Of a stretch of DNA of 64,000 nucleotides, positions 48,521 through 58,793 are shown in pieces. A program made the position numbers and the translations under genes. Every line of letters begins with the position of its first letter. Position 1 is the stretch's first letter. Below the pieces are notes generated by a model, which was given only the letters and a program-made list of their open reading frames with translations, made no database searches and was not told the origin of the DNA. Source of the stretch: a virus; the IMG/VR virus record IMGVR_UViG_3300034101_005931, positions 22,259-86,258 of that record. The stretch is one strand, 5' to 3'.

Positions 48521-50146
48521 TCATAAAATGAGCCCACCATCATTAAATACCCAGCCTTTAGCAGTAAGCGTATCTCTCGCTGTTTGTGCCTGTATTTTAT
48601 AACCAATGAGGGCAGTACCAAAAGGTACATTATTTTGGCGTAGAAAAGCATTTGAAGCTAAATTAATTAGTAAATTGCTATACGACTCGGGTGTAATCTG
48701 ATTACAAGCAGCAAAACACTCTTCAAAAGTTGTTACTGCTGTATTGGTAAAAAATAGAGTATCAGGTATTGCCGATAAGTTAAAACATATACCAAAGGTA
48801 GAGTCAAAAGAGGTTACAGCTCTATTGTTGGTAAAAAGATTTGCAGGAATATTTCTAAGATTTATGCAATTAAAAAATGCAGATTCAAAAGTTTCCATTT
48901 TAAAATTATTACTAAATAGGGTTTCTGGCAAAGCTGATAGACCGTGAGCTTGCGAAAATGCATTACGTATTGTTTTTAAATTAGGTAAATTGCTGAAAAG
49001 ATTACTTTGAATAGCTGATAATGACCTTGAATTAATAAATAAGCCTTCAAGTGATTCTACGCCTTGTGTATTTGTGCCAAAAATATCACCGACTGTCGTG
49101 AGATTGTTGCATTCGCTAAACATACTATTAGCTCTTTTTAGGCGCGGTTTATTATGTAATAAACCTGTAGGAGCTTCTCTTAACCCTGCATTACTAAAAA
49201 TTATACTCGCATCTACTACACTTAATTGATTAGCAAAAAGGGTGCTCGGTACTTGTGCAAGATTCTTTGTTAGAAAAAATGCAGCACTAAAAGAGGTAAT
49301 TTGAGGGTTATTAGTAAAAAGGTTTTCATGTATGTTGTTTAATTGTTGATTAAAACCCAGTACTATACTTGCGTCGGTAAAATTGGGAAAAAACGGCATA
49401 GCACTGACACTCTTTAAGCAATTCCCACTACCACCAAATGTTTGTATATTTCCTCCTACATTACCAAAACTACCGTAAAGTTTCATTGTATAAGGTCCTG
49501 GGGTTGCATATGTAGCTGTATATGTACCTTCCGCTGTTAATGATCTAACTTGTCCATTACCCCATTCTACGACAAAAGTAGGTCTTTCCCCCAAGATAGT
49601 AAAACCAAATCCCTCATTTGTACCTGTAGTAACAAGTGAAAGGTTCCAAGTACTAGAAGGATTTACAACAGAAAAATTATGTCTTGCTAATACCAAATAA
49701 CCAGAATTAGATGCAAATTGGGTGAACTGCGGTATTGTATCTGTCGGTCTAACGGTCAATAAACTACCACCAGTAGCTGATGCTCTTCTTACGGCACATA
49801 AACTAGAACTGTATGTGTTTACATTCTGTGATAAGCTAAAAGGGTATTGAATTATAGAAAATATACCCGTTGAAGATCCGGGAAATGTTCTTACACCTGC
49901 AGGAGGTAACTGATCTTCTGGTACAACGAAATTGTTTTTAGCTAAAATTATGTAACCAGAATTAGGTATAAATTGTGTAAATTGGGGAATAGCATCACCT
50001 GGTCTATATGTTAAGAGTGTTCCACCAGAGTTTGATATCCTTCTAACAGCACAGAGACTGGCATTATATGTATTAATATTAACAGAGCTACTATTAAAAA
50101 ACTCTACAACATTAAACAACCCGCTTGAATTGCCCCTGATATCCAT
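48521..50146 (-). CDS. B-family protein (two B domains) with BspA-like leucine-rich repeats
   Basis: Tandem B domains; repeats; C-terminal cap QTARDTLTAKGW shared with 44066. Confidence 0.75.
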   Translation of the reverse strand: MDIRGNSSGLFNVVEFFNSSSVNINTYNASLCAVRRISNSGGTLLTYRPGDAIPQFTQFIPNSGYIILAKNNFVVPEDQLPPAGVRTFPGSSTGIFSIIQYPFSLSQNVNTYSSSLCAVRRASATGGSLLTVRPTDTIPQFTQFASNSGYLVLARHNFSVVNPSSTWNLSLVTTGTNEGFGFTILGERPTFVVEWGNGQVRSLTAEGTYTATYATPGPYTMKLYGSFGNVGGNIQTFGGSGNCLKSVSAMPFFPNFTDASIVLGFNQQLNNIHENLFTNNPQITSFSAAFFLTKNLAQVPSTLFANQLSVVDASIIFSNAGLREAPTGLLHNKPRLKRANSMFSECNNLTTVGDIFGTNTQGVESLEGLFINSRSLSAIQSNLFSNLPNLKTIRNAFSQAHGLSALPETLFSNNFKMETFESAFFNCINLRNIPANLFTNNRAVTSFDSTFGICFNLSAIPDTLFFTNTAVTTFEECFAACNQITPESYSNLLINLASNAFLRQNNVPFGTALIGYKIQAQTARDTLTAKGWVFNDGGLIL

Positions 50147-50203
50147 TTATAGATTATTTAGTATTTGCCGATAGATTATCTTTCCTATACTATAATAAAC
50201 AGT

Positions 50204-50356
50204 ATGGATAACGTGATAGAGATGAAGAAAAAGATAGAGGAATATAGGGAAAATACCCGAAAATTGAATAAAAATGAACTTATTTTAAAGCTCCGCCAGG
50301 CACAAATGCTCATTAATACGGCTCTGGATATCTTAGAAGATCCGGAAGATAAATGA
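50204..50356 (+). CDS. small coiled-coil protein
   Basis: MDNVIEMKKK...; TATAAT promoter upstream. Confidence 0.55.
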   Translation: MDNVIEMKKKIEEYRENTRKLNKNELILKLRQAQMLINTALDILEDPEDK

Positions 50357-51792
50357 TTGATAGGGAATAATTAATCCCGAAATAGTATGGGCGTTATAAA
50401 GACATATACTCGGATCCGGAATACTAATATACTAGGAAATACCCCGACATTTGGTTTAATTTTTATTCTCGCTCTTCTCTTACCAGGTTGCAATTCAGAG
50501 ACTCTTTCTCAGAACGCTAAGCATTATCAGACTCGTGCAGTCCAAGTTATGCATGTTACAAGAGATCAGAGTTTCGGAGATGAGAATAACAATTATTATA
50601 AGCTTTATCATTACTGGAGAGAAGAGAATGCTGAGGAACGGCAACAGGCCTATTACCAGAAGTGCCTCAGAGGCCTGGAGAATCATAAACCCAAACAACG
50701 ATTATCCCCGGGCAGAGCTAATAGCCCCGTAGGAGGATCTCCACCCCCTTCTCCGAGAACCTCGCCGCAGCGCTTAATCGGTGACGTTAATATCCAGGAG
50801 TGGGGTGTTCCTACATCACAATCAGCTCTACCTATAGGTTCTTTGTAATCTCTGATACTATAGTAATATAGGAACCTACTACCTCTATCTACTATAATGT
50901 AATATAACTTTACCCGTCGGGTGTTCATGGACTACGGGGTTTGGTTGGCGACCAAGGAACTGGCCTATCCACTCTGGTTCCTCTATACTATAGATCTTAT
51001 GGCAGATATTCAATATAGTCCTATTGTAGCGGAAGTCGAGGCTCTGGTAGCCGGGCTTACGGAACTTCGGAACGAGAACACGTTGCTTAAAGCTCGTGTG
51101 CTCGAGCTGGAACGGAAAATCTTTAATCTTCCGGAAGACGTCTCTATGGGCCGAGCTCGCTGCTGCGGTTAGGTTCCTAATTTCTACTCCGGTACACATT
51201 TAAGGTTCCGGAACACACGGAGAGTATAGTCTAGAGTTCCTAGACTGTAGTCTTCTTTTGTTTTTGTTCCGGAACTAATACTCTAGTCTAGGCTTGCTAG
51301 ATAGAGGTTCCTATTTTTAAGGGTAGATGCTTTCAAGAGGAACGGCAAGAAGGAACCTGAACTCAGAACCAATACTAAGACTCCGGTCTTCTAGTAGAGT
51401 AGGGTGTGCTAACTAACCTTCGGATTGGTGTCTCCTGTTCGCCCTGCTTGTCTCTTTTAGGATCGTTCGAGGCTCTCCGATCTCTTATTCTGCTATCATT
51501 ATACGGGAACCCTATAGGTAGCTCAAGCCTTGTTTTGTCGTTGCGTTCCGACTCCGATTCCTCTACTATTATGGGTGATGAATAAGACATTCAAAGAGTT
51601 CAAACAAATGGATGCACAAGAGATGGAGGAGTTCTTCCGTCTGGCTGCATATTACTTCCAAGATAATGCAGAGGATCTGCCGAACTTACCGGCTCTGGAA
51701 ATTGCTGGCAAACTGATTGATTGCTATAGCTATATGAAAGAACGTCTGGGTAATTGAGTTGCCGTTCCTTTAAAGTTCCGATATTCTTATAG

Positions 51793-52125
51793 ATGATGAA
51801 GATTAAACCTACTGATAAAGTCGAAGTTAAAGTTAAGGGAGAGGGATATGATCGCTACGAAAGCGGAGGCCTCTTCAATAAGACCTACAAAGGTACCTGG
51901 GAAAAGGTTCTGACTAAAATCTCTGAAAACCATTCCTACGGAACCCCTGTAGGAACTGATGAAGATGGAGAGACTGCTACCTGTGAAGATGTTCTTCAAT
52001 ATATACAGGAATGCAATGGTGATGGTTGTGATTACATTTTCCACTTCGAAGTAAAGAAGGATGGAAAGAGCTGGTGGGTCATCGATGATGAACCGATGGA
52101 TGAAGAAGATGTTGACTGCGATTAA
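51793..52125 (+). CDS. acidic early protein
   Basis: Own GTTCC promoter; NGDGCDYI motif. Confidence 0.7.
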   Translation: MMKIKPTDKVEVKVKGEGYDRYESGGLFNKTYKGTWEKVLTKISENHSYGTPVGTDEDGETATCEDVLQYIQECNGDGCDYIFHFEVKKDGKSWWVIDDEPMDEEDVDCD

Positions 52126-52147
52126 GAGTTCCGATATTATTAGAACA

Positions 52148-52348
52148 ATGAAGATTGACGGAAAAATTACAGGTGCTGTTTTTCGTAACAGCGAAGTGGA
52201 AGCTGGTATCTCTTACACCGGCAATGAGGGTGTGGTGGAGATTAAGCTCAAGTCCGATTTGGACTCTAACTCTTCCTATACCTACGTCTTGTCGCATTCC
52301 TGCGCTAAGCGGTTGGTTGAGCAGATTCGTCTAGCTCTAGACTTTTAA
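52148..52348 (+). CDS. early hypothetical protein
   Basis: Own GTTCC promoter. Confidence 0.65.
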   Translation: MKIDGKITGAVFRNSEVEAGISYTGNEGVVEIKLKSDLDSNSSYTYVLSHSCAKRLVEQIRLALDF

Positions 52349-52353
52349 TCATT

Positions 52354-52590
52354 ATGACATATACACATCAAGAGGCCCTAGACCTCTTTAAACGTCAGGG
52401 TGAAAGGGAGCGTGACATCATTCGAAGGATTGCTTCCCGGAGACTGGTCTGGCAGGGATACAATGAGATCGCCTCGGCTGATGTTGATCGTGAAATTTGC
52501 AATATCTGCAACGAGTATGAGGGTGCGTTTTCTGAGATCATGTATGAGTATCTCGAAGACTTCCTTCGGGGTTACAAATCGCTTTCCTAA
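52354..52590 (+). CDS. early hypothetical protein
   Basis: Packed ORF. Confidence 0.65.
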   Translation: MTYTHQEALDLFKRQGERERDIIRRIASRRLVWQGYNEIASADVDREICNICNEYEGAFSEIMYEYLEDFLRGYKSLS

Positions 52591-52592
52591 TC

Positions 52593-52826
52593 ATGGGCAC
52601 TACAATTACTGATCCCTCCCAGATCTTCGCATACGACGAGGATGGCAATACAATCATTCCCGGTGATATGGTCGTGTATCGCCGTAAGCTATACAAGGTT
52701 GAGTCGATGGAGCATGAGATCTCCAACGATGGGTACTACACCGAGAGGGTAGTCTTGCTTCTGGAACACTTTAAGACTGGCAAGCAAATAGTGGTCGAGG
52801 ATTTTAAGGTTGAGGTTCTAGGTTAG
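52593..52826 (+). CDS. early SH3-like protein
   Basis: DEDGNTIIPGDMV. Confidence 0.65.
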   Translation: MGTTITDPSQIFAYDEDGNTIIPGDMVVYRRKLYKVESMEHEISNDGYYTERVVLLLEHFKTGKQIVVEDFKVEVLG

Positions 52827-52846
52827 TTCCGGTACAATAATTGGTG

Positions 52847-53146
52847 ATGAATATGAAAATCGCAAACGTCAAGACGCACCGCATTGAAGGTCGTCGTCAA
52901 ACTGGTCACGCTTACTTCTTTATTAAGAATGAGTCAATCGTAGAGAATCTGCAGAATCGACGGAACCGTCCTACGAAAGAGTTCCGGAAGCTTTTGAATG
53001 AAGCTCTCTTCGGTCAGCTGGAATGTACTCCTCATCAGATCGGACGTATTACTTGGTCCCAGCGCTGTGGGTGTTCCTGTGGCTGTAGCCCTGGGTTCCG
53101 TATCGAAGGTTTTTACGGCAGAGATATTTTCATTGACGTTGAATAA
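52847..53146 (+). CDS. early protein (WSQRCGCSCGCSPGF motif)
   Basis: Own promoter; Cys cluster. Confidence 0.7.
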   Translation: MNMKIANVKTHRIEGRRQTGHAYFFIKNESIVENLQNRRNRPTKEFRKLLNEALFGQLECTPHQIGRITWSQRCGCSCGCSPGFRIEGFYGRDIFIDVE

Positions 53147-53352
53147 ACGTTCCGGTATTATTATCTGTGATGAATAAGAAAGAAACAATCTACGAAAACT
53201 ATCCCTTCTGGGATGCGTACAAAGCAGTCAAGAACGGAGAGTGGACCGAAGAGGAATTCCATCTCTGGGCTACAACGGTTTGGAATGATGGAGCGGACTC
53301 TTTCGTAGAAATGGGCTTGAACGAAGAATAAAGTTCCGGTACTATTAATATA

Positions 53353-53835
53353 ATGAACATCAAGAAAGAGCTTCAGCTCCTCAAAGACACAGGCAAACTC
53401 TCCACCCACCCGCATATCTTCTGTGTGAAGTGTGAGGGGAAAACTACCGCGTTTGGATCTAATCTTCAAGGTAAGATTGAACGTGCAGGAGGATTAGAAC
53501 CTCTTCTCTCTACCTTCGAGTGTCGTGAATGCCGCACCGCTGGTAAGCCCAAGAAGGCTCCTAAAGCTCCCAAGCGTAATAAAAAGGCCACGCGCGAATA
53601 CCGCAAGGTTGAATTGCTGAAGAACCTTCCGAAGATGAACTTTGTTCGTCCTGAGCCGGTGGTCTTAATTAACAACCCCGAGTATGCTGCGATTGTAACC
53701 GCACATGCTTGTCAGCGCCCGGACGTCTTCCTGGACTCAAACCGCTCGTGCGACTTCTGCTCACTCTACGAAGTGTGTAAGGCTCCGAATCGGAAGCTGA
53801 GCTCACAGGGCTGGCAGATAAAGGTTGCCGCCTAA
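53353..53835 (+). CDS. early zinc-finger protein
   Basis: CVKC, CREC, CDFC..C; own promoter. Confidence 0.75.
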   Translation: MNIKKELQLLKDTGKLSTHPHIFCVKCEGKTTAFGSNLQGKIERAGGLEPLLSTFECRECRTAGKPKKAPKAPKRNKKATREYRKVELLKNLPKMNFVRPEPVVLINNPEYAAIVTAHACQRPDVFLDSNRSCDFCSLYEVCKAPNRKLSSQGWQIKVAA

Positions 53836-53861
53836 TAAGAGTTCCGATATACTGATAGGTG

Positions 53862-54074
53862 ATGAATAAGAAAAACAACGTCAAAAAGCAACTCGAAGTG
53901 ATCAACGTCCGCCTGGAGGTCCTGATCAACAAGTGGAACAAGCAGTACGACCAGAACATTCAGGAGCTGTTGCAGCTCTCGACTCTGCTGCAGAACCTGG
54001 AAACAGGCTCACTCGAAACGAATAAAGCGCTCTTGAAGCCTTCGAAGACTAACAAATTTCCGGGACTGTTTTAA
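53862..54074 (+). CDS. early coiled-coil protein
   Basis: Leaderless MNK start. Confidence 0.65.
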   Translation: MNKKNNVKKQLEVINVRLEVLINKWNKQYDQNIQELLQLSTLLQNLETGSLETNKALLKPSKTNKFPGLF

Positions 54075-54110
54075 GTTGCCGATCAATAACAGTTCCGATA
54101 TACTGTATAT

Positions 54111-54398
54111 ATGATTAAGACACCGAAAGCTAAAGAGTACGGCAAACGCATGCAGGTCATCTCCCACATGTACCTCAACAAGAACGCTAAGCTGTTCCGG
54201 AACACGCAGTGGGAGGAGCAGGATGTCAAGATGATTTTTGACGACGCACGCAATCTCTATCTCGTCGGATTGTATATGATCGAAGGAGATTTCGATGCTG
54301 CGATGGGGCTTGCCTCTGAGCTGGATACGCTCGTCCGGGATGAGATTCCGAACTCGGTCTGGAACTACCTCGAGAAGTTTACCATTGACCAGGAATAA
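54111..54398 (+). CDS. early hypothetical protein
   Basis: Own promoter; LDTLVRDEIP motif. Confidence 0.7.
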   Translation: MIKTPKAKEYGKRMQVISHMYLNKNAKLFRNTQWEEQDVKMIFDDARNLYLVGLYMIEGDFDAAMGLASELDTLVRDEIPNSVWNYLEKFTIDQE

Positions 54399-54423
54399 GG
54401 GTTCCGGTATAATGACTTTGATG
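54385..54423 (+). promoter_or_regulatory. type example of the early leaderless promoter
   Basis: TTGACC-aggaataaggGTTCCGG-TATAAT-gactttg-ATG. Confidence 0.85.
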
Positions 54424-54624
54424 AATAAGAAACACACTGTTAACGAGCTGGCTGACCTTCTGGTTAAGCTGGGCACGAAGAGAAATGGCACCGAGCATGG
54501 TCTGAACTACTGCTGGGCTTATGGTACCCTGACCGCTCTGTTCGATCAGGCACGTTTTAGAGACGCTCAAGAGATCGTCGATCGTAAGTTCGCTGAGGTT
54601 GAGAAGGAGCTTGCTGCTGCTTAA
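54421..54624 (+). CDS. early protein, paralog of 60696
   Basis: NYCWAYGTLTALFDQ; ends LAAA. Confidence 0.75.
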   Translation: MNKKHTVNELADLLVKLGTKRNGTEHGLNYCWAYGTLTALFDQARFRDAQEIVDRKFAEVEKELAAA

Positions 54625-54647
54625 TAGTTCCTGTAATATTATCTTTG

Positions 54648-54848
54648 ATGAATAAGAACAACAACAAAAAATTCCTGATGGACCTTCTGGCCTTTGTCAG
54701 GTTCATTCACAACAACCCGAACATGGACCTTCAGCGGAAGTACTCTGCGATCGTCTCCACGATCGGGCACGACATCAACGGCATCCTGGCTGAAGACCAG
54801 TTCTTCTCTCCGAGGGTGACTGGTTACTCCAACTCTGATCTGATCTAA
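54648..54848 (+). CDS. early hypothetical protein
   Basis: Leaderless MNK start. Confidence 0.7.
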   Translation: MNKNNNKKFLMDLLAFVRFIHNNPNMDLQRKYSAIVSTIGHDINGILAEDQFFSPRVTGYSNSDLI

Positions 54849-55210
54849 TATGAGACAGCAAACACCGACCCTCGTCGATCTAGCCAAGCGCCGCTCACTC
54901 GTCCCGGAAGCACCGCACCCTTATGTAGCAGGCTTTCTGGGTGCCTTTCTAGGACATCTCGAACGGACTGTACCAGGAGTTGAGGATGCAATTCGTAAAG
55001 AGATTGCTCGTCTCGAGAAGGAGAAGATCTAATGAAGACTACTAACGATGTCGTCCTTGAGCTCCTGGACAGGGATGCAGAGGCTGAGGAGCTTGAAGCT
55101 CTTGTAGCAGATATCAAAGCCATCCTCTACTCACCCTTTCAGCCAATCGACATGAAGATCACTAACTGCAAGCTGGCGATCGGAGAAGCTGGATACTAAG
55201 TAGCTTTCAT

Positions 55211-55294
55211 ACCCAGGTGGTGAAATGGCAAACACTGCGGACTTAAAATCCGCTGCCGATAGGCTTGTGGGTTCGAGTCCCACCCTGGGTACCA
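55211..55294 (+). tRNA. tRNA-Leu(TAA)
   Basis: gcgga-ctTAAaa-tccgc; variable arm; CCA. Confidence 0.93.
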
Positions 55295-55337
55295 AATAAC
55301 TTGACGATCAAATAAAGTTCCGCTATACTGATAAGTG

Positions 55338-55679
55338 ATGAATAAGAAAATCAAAATCAACGATCGGACCTCGAACTTCAACATGTCTTCTCTTCAAGGG
55401 TATGTCAAAACGACATATGCCCATCTCGTCGAGAAGCTGGGGGAGCCTGAGACCGACTTCGATAAATCGACCGCTCATTGGACTCTCGAAGCTCCAGATG
55501 GAACTGTTGCGACGATCTACGACTACAAAGAGTACACCACCCCTCTCGGTGAATACTATTGGCATGTCGGAGGTCATAACCGAACCAAAGCCCTGCTCTT
55601 GGTTGAGATCGCCACTGATGTTATTCCTATCACGGAACAAGCTCGTCAATGGAACCCTTATGGAGGAGGGCGCGACTAA
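55338..55679 (+). CDS. early phage protein
   Basis: SLQGY..LGEP..DK..W..ATIYDYK..WHVGG. Confidence 0.75.
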   Translation: MNKKIKINDRTSNFNMSSLQGYVKTTYAHLVEKLGEPETDFDKSTAHWTLEAPDGTVATIYDYKEYTTPLGEYYWHVGGHNRTKALLLVEIATDVIPITEQARQWNPYGGGRD

Positions 55680-55743
55680 TAGCAACGACCAACGATTAGC
55701 CCCGTATAGAGATACCAACACTTTTTTAGAATAAACTAACGCA

Positions 55744-55926
55744 ATGAACATGACATACTGTCAATTCGAAAACACCCTGCAGGATCTACGTCAGTGTAGG
55801 AATACGCTCCGGGAGGCCGGCTCATGGGAAGAACTAATCGAAGACAAGTCGGAGTATGAGATCCAAGCCTTGAAGGATATGCCCGGGGTGTTGGCTGAGA
55901 TGCTTCGCTATTATGACAACCTGTAA
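55744..55926 (+). CDS. early hypothetical protein
   Basis: MNMTYCQFENTLQDL motif. Confidence 0.7.
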   Translation: MNMTYCQFENTLQDLRQCRNTLREAGSWEELIEDKSEYEIQALKDMPGVLAEMLRYYDNL

Positions 55927-56174
55927 TATGAAAACCAACGTAACCATCTCGCGCGCGCTCCATGACCACCTGCTCGCGAGCGATCAAGCTTCGCTCCAGC
56001 TCCTTTTCAAGATCCACAAAACCAAATGGCATCTTAGTGGGGTTACTTTCTACAACGTTGGTGCGTGGTATCTGGAATGGATAGATGCAGAGCACAGACA
56101 TTTTCTTTCGCAGCAAGAGTGTAGGCGGCACCTTGTTGTGAGTCAAGTAGAGTAAACCGCCCTTATTCATCATC

Positions 56175-56219
56175 AAAAGACCCGAGACTGGCTTCTTGCT
56201 AGTCTCGGGTTCTTCTTTT
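56175..56219. terminator. bidirectional terminator-like hairpin
   Basis: acccgagactggc/gctagtctcgggt with A- and T-rich flanks. Confidence 0.75.
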
Positions 56220-56263
56220 ACTCGAGAGGATAGACTTAAGAATGAGACTTCATTCTTCTACCT

Positions 56264-56327
56264 GAGTACCCCCAGCTAACAAACCTTCGCTTCGTCAGCT
56301 GTTCGCCCTGATTTCTGGTCGAGGCTC
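56264..56327 (-). ncRNA. twin sRNA core, copy 1
   Basis: 56/64 identical to 60221-60284; own minus-strand GTTCC promoter at about 56351-56379. Confidence 0.7.
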
Positions 56328-56574
56328 ACCCTTTCCTTTATTCTGATATCATTATATCGGAACATGTTTAAGGCATCAACCTATTTCGCGGATAGGTGGA
56401 TGTTTTGCGTATTTTTAAACCTGTGAAGACCGAGACTTAAGTCTACCCCGAGCAGTATGAAAAGGGGAATAGTTCAAATCTCCCTTGAACTATTCACGAA
56501 AAACTACGGCTCCAGGAGAGCTAAGACCGCTTTCTTACTTGCTTATCTTTAAAGTTCCGCTATTATTATAGGTG

Positions 56575-56850
56575 ATGAATAAATCGAAAGACATTAAGCC
56601 GTTGCTCAAAATCAAAAAGCAATCTGATATCAAAAGCTTTAGCTGCTATAAAGAATTTGATGATGATCATCAGCGCTGCGCCTACTGCAAAATCAACGAC
56701 ATCAAAATCGAATTTTGGTGGTATGACGATTTGGCTTGCCTCTATTATTGGAAGGATTCGAAAAAGGCTTTTAAGGATCTCTTAAGCTGCATTGAGAATG
56801 AGGTCTATATGGCGAAAAATTACGAATTGGACTTCCCCGAAGACGTCTAA
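56575..56850 (+). CDS. early hypothetical protein
   Basis: Leaderless MNK start. Confidence 0.7.
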   Translation: MNKSKDIKPLLKIKKQSDIKSFSCYKEFDDDHQRCAYCKINDIKIEFWWYDDLACLYYWKDSKKAFKDLLSCIENEVYMAKNYELDFPEDV

Positions 56851-56892
56851 TTCATTTGCCGAATCATTAAAGTTCCGCTAATATTAAAAGTG

Positions 56893-57132
56893 ATGAATAA
56901 GAAAATCAAATACGGATTGAAAGTTAAAGGTGAAATTTTTGAAGTGAAGGATATGATGGATGAGTGTCCTTTTGAAGGAAGTGAGTTTGCTTATTTGGCA
57001 GACATTTCCCCTTCTGAAGATGTTGAAGGTGAGTTTGATATTTCCATTATTTCCGATAATGAGGGCTATACTCATTCAACTGCTGATTTTGAGGAGTATG
57101 GAATTACGGATGTGGAAGTAGTTGAGCTCTAA
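56893..57132 (+). CDS. very acidic early protein
   Basis: Leaderless MNK start; Asp/Glu-rich. Confidence 0.7.
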   Translation: MNKKIKYGLKVKGEIFEVKDMMDECPFEGSEFAYLADISPSEDVEGEFDISIISDNEGYTHSTADFEEYGITDVEVVEL

Positions 57133-57158
57133 TTAAAGTTCCGATATCATTATAGGTG

Positions 57159-57368
57159 ATGAATAAAGCATATATCATAATTGCAAATAGTGAATGGGGC
57201 GAAGAGCGAATTATGTCCGTCTATAACGATCGCAAAATCGCTGAAAAGACGTGCGCTGAATTGCAAGAAAAAGGTTACGGAGATTGGGATGAGTTTCGGA
57301 TTGAAGATTGGCCCTTTAATGAAGAACTTTTTAGGGCTAATTTGGATGAAGTAGTTGACGAAGAATAA
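57159..57368 (+). CDS. acidic early protein
   Basis: Leaderless MNK start. Confidence 0.7.
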   Translation: MNKAYIIIANSEWGEERIMSVYNDRKIAEKTCAELQEKGYGDWDEFRIEDWPFNEELFRANLDEVVDEE

Positions 57369-57390
57369 TTGTTCCGCTAATATTATAGGT

Positions 57391-57654
57391 ATGATGAATA
57401 AAGAATTCAAATTGAAGATGGCGAAATATTTTGAGTCCGATTATGAGAATATGAAAGGAGAGGATGGAAGGATAGAAATTTTTAATAGTTATGGAGGTGT
57501 GGAGGAAGTGTTGAGTAAGAAGAAATATTTTTCTGAATTGAAGAAGGTGAATAGTTTTGAAGATTTGGAAGGATTTTGGGACTTTATTAGCGGAGGAAAT
57601 GCAATAAGTTTCGGATGTTTGATTGATGATATTTTGAAACAAAAGATTGCTTAA
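57391..57654 (+). CDS. early hypothetical protein
   Basis: Own promoter; (M)MNK start. Confidence 0.7.
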   Translation: MMNKEFKLKMAKYFESDYENMKGEDGRIEIFNSYGGVEEVLSKKKYFSELKKVNSFEDLEGFWDFISGGNAISFGCLIDDILKQKIA

Positions 57655-57877
57655 GCTTTTTAGTTCCGCTATACTGTTATCTGATGAATAAGAAAATTAC
57701 AATCACGCTCGAGTTGGACGCAATTGCAGTTGGTAAGATTGAGGCGGCTGCTGAAGGAGATATCGCTTCTCTTCTCGAGAGCGAGATAAACGAGAATCCA
57801 GACGCGTTTATTGAAATGATGGGGTACGATAATTGGTAGTTGACCTACCATTACAGTTCCGATATACTTAACGAGTA

Positions 57878-58072
57878 ATGAGAATCAAAATTACTAAAGG
57901 TTGTGAGGTTGAGTCTTGGTCAGGTCGTTATGACGGACCTCTTGTCAGGATCAAAAAAGGGGATGTGTTTGAGGTTGAGGATGAGGATGTTGATGATGAC
58001 AACTACTCTCATATTGGGGATGATGGGTATCCCAATTTGTGGATCCCAAAAGAGAATTGTGTTGTCCTTTAA
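57878..58072 (+). CDS. acidic SH3-like early protein
   Basis: Own promoter; IKKGDVFEV. Confidence 0.7.
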   Translation: MRIKITKGCEVESWSGRYDGPLVRIKKGDVFEVEDEDVDDDNYSHIGDDGYPNLWIPKENCVVL

Positions 58073-58418
58073 TTAAAGTTCCGCTATTATTAGAACAATG
58101 AAAGCACAACTGACCCAGTACGAATGTTTGAAGCTGATCCGTAAGCCGACTCTCGGCCGCGGTCCGGTCTTTAAAGACAAAACCAAATACAACCGCAAAC
58201 AAAAGCACAAAAGGAGCTGGTAATGAAAGAGATTGTTTACCTCAAGTCCGATAAGGACGTTGTAGATTTCATCGAGAAGAATAGAGCTCAGGCCCAGGCT
58301 GAGGCCGTAATGGGTGTCATGCTCTGGCTGTCTGCTGAGAGCATCATGGTAGAGGTTTGGAAGAATTAAACTTTTCCTTGCCGTTCCTGAGAGGTTCAAC
58401 CATAATCATTTTTGCAAT

Positions 58419-58757
58419 ATGAGTACCGCAACTGAAACAATGCCGAAGACGCGCAGCGTCAAGGCCAGCACGCCTGAGAAGGCGAAGAAGGAGACGACTC
58501 CCAAGCTCGTCTGTAACGTGACGGGTGTTGCCCGTTACACCAACGCAACCTACTTGGCTAACAAAGCCAAAGCTCGCAATACTAGCGTGCCAGCTCTTCT
58601 GGCCACGTACGTGAGCCGCCCTGTCGCGAAGCTGCTTCGTGAGGGTAAAGCTGTTGCTGAGATCCAAGGCATCTTGGGTGTCACCTACAACAGCCCGCTC
58701 GCCGATACCAGCGCTGAGGATATCCTCCGCTTGAACGGTAAGCAAAAGCGTAGCTAA
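58419..58757 (+). CDS. basic putative DNA-binding early protein
   Basis: KLVCNVTG..YL..KA..YVSR; paralog of 58794; terminator follows. Confidence 0.75.
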   Translation: MSTATETMPKTRSVKASTPEKAKKETTPKLVCNVTGVARYTNATYLANKAKARNTSVPALLATYVSRPVAKLLREGKAVAEIQGILGVTYNSPLADTSAEDILRLNGKQKRS

Positions 58758-58762
58758 ACTAT

Positions 58763-58791
58763 CCCCGGGGGCTTGTCCCCCGGGCCTCTTT
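58763..58791 (+). terminator. terminator-like hairpin
   Basis: cccggggg/cccccggg plus tcttt. Confidence 0.65.
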
Positions 58792-58793
58792 CC

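Noticed and set aside
55736-56176. 146-aa minus-strand ORF starting MMMNK
   Set aside because: It is antisense to two credible plus-strand genes and separated from its promoter by a terminator; treated as a relic start.
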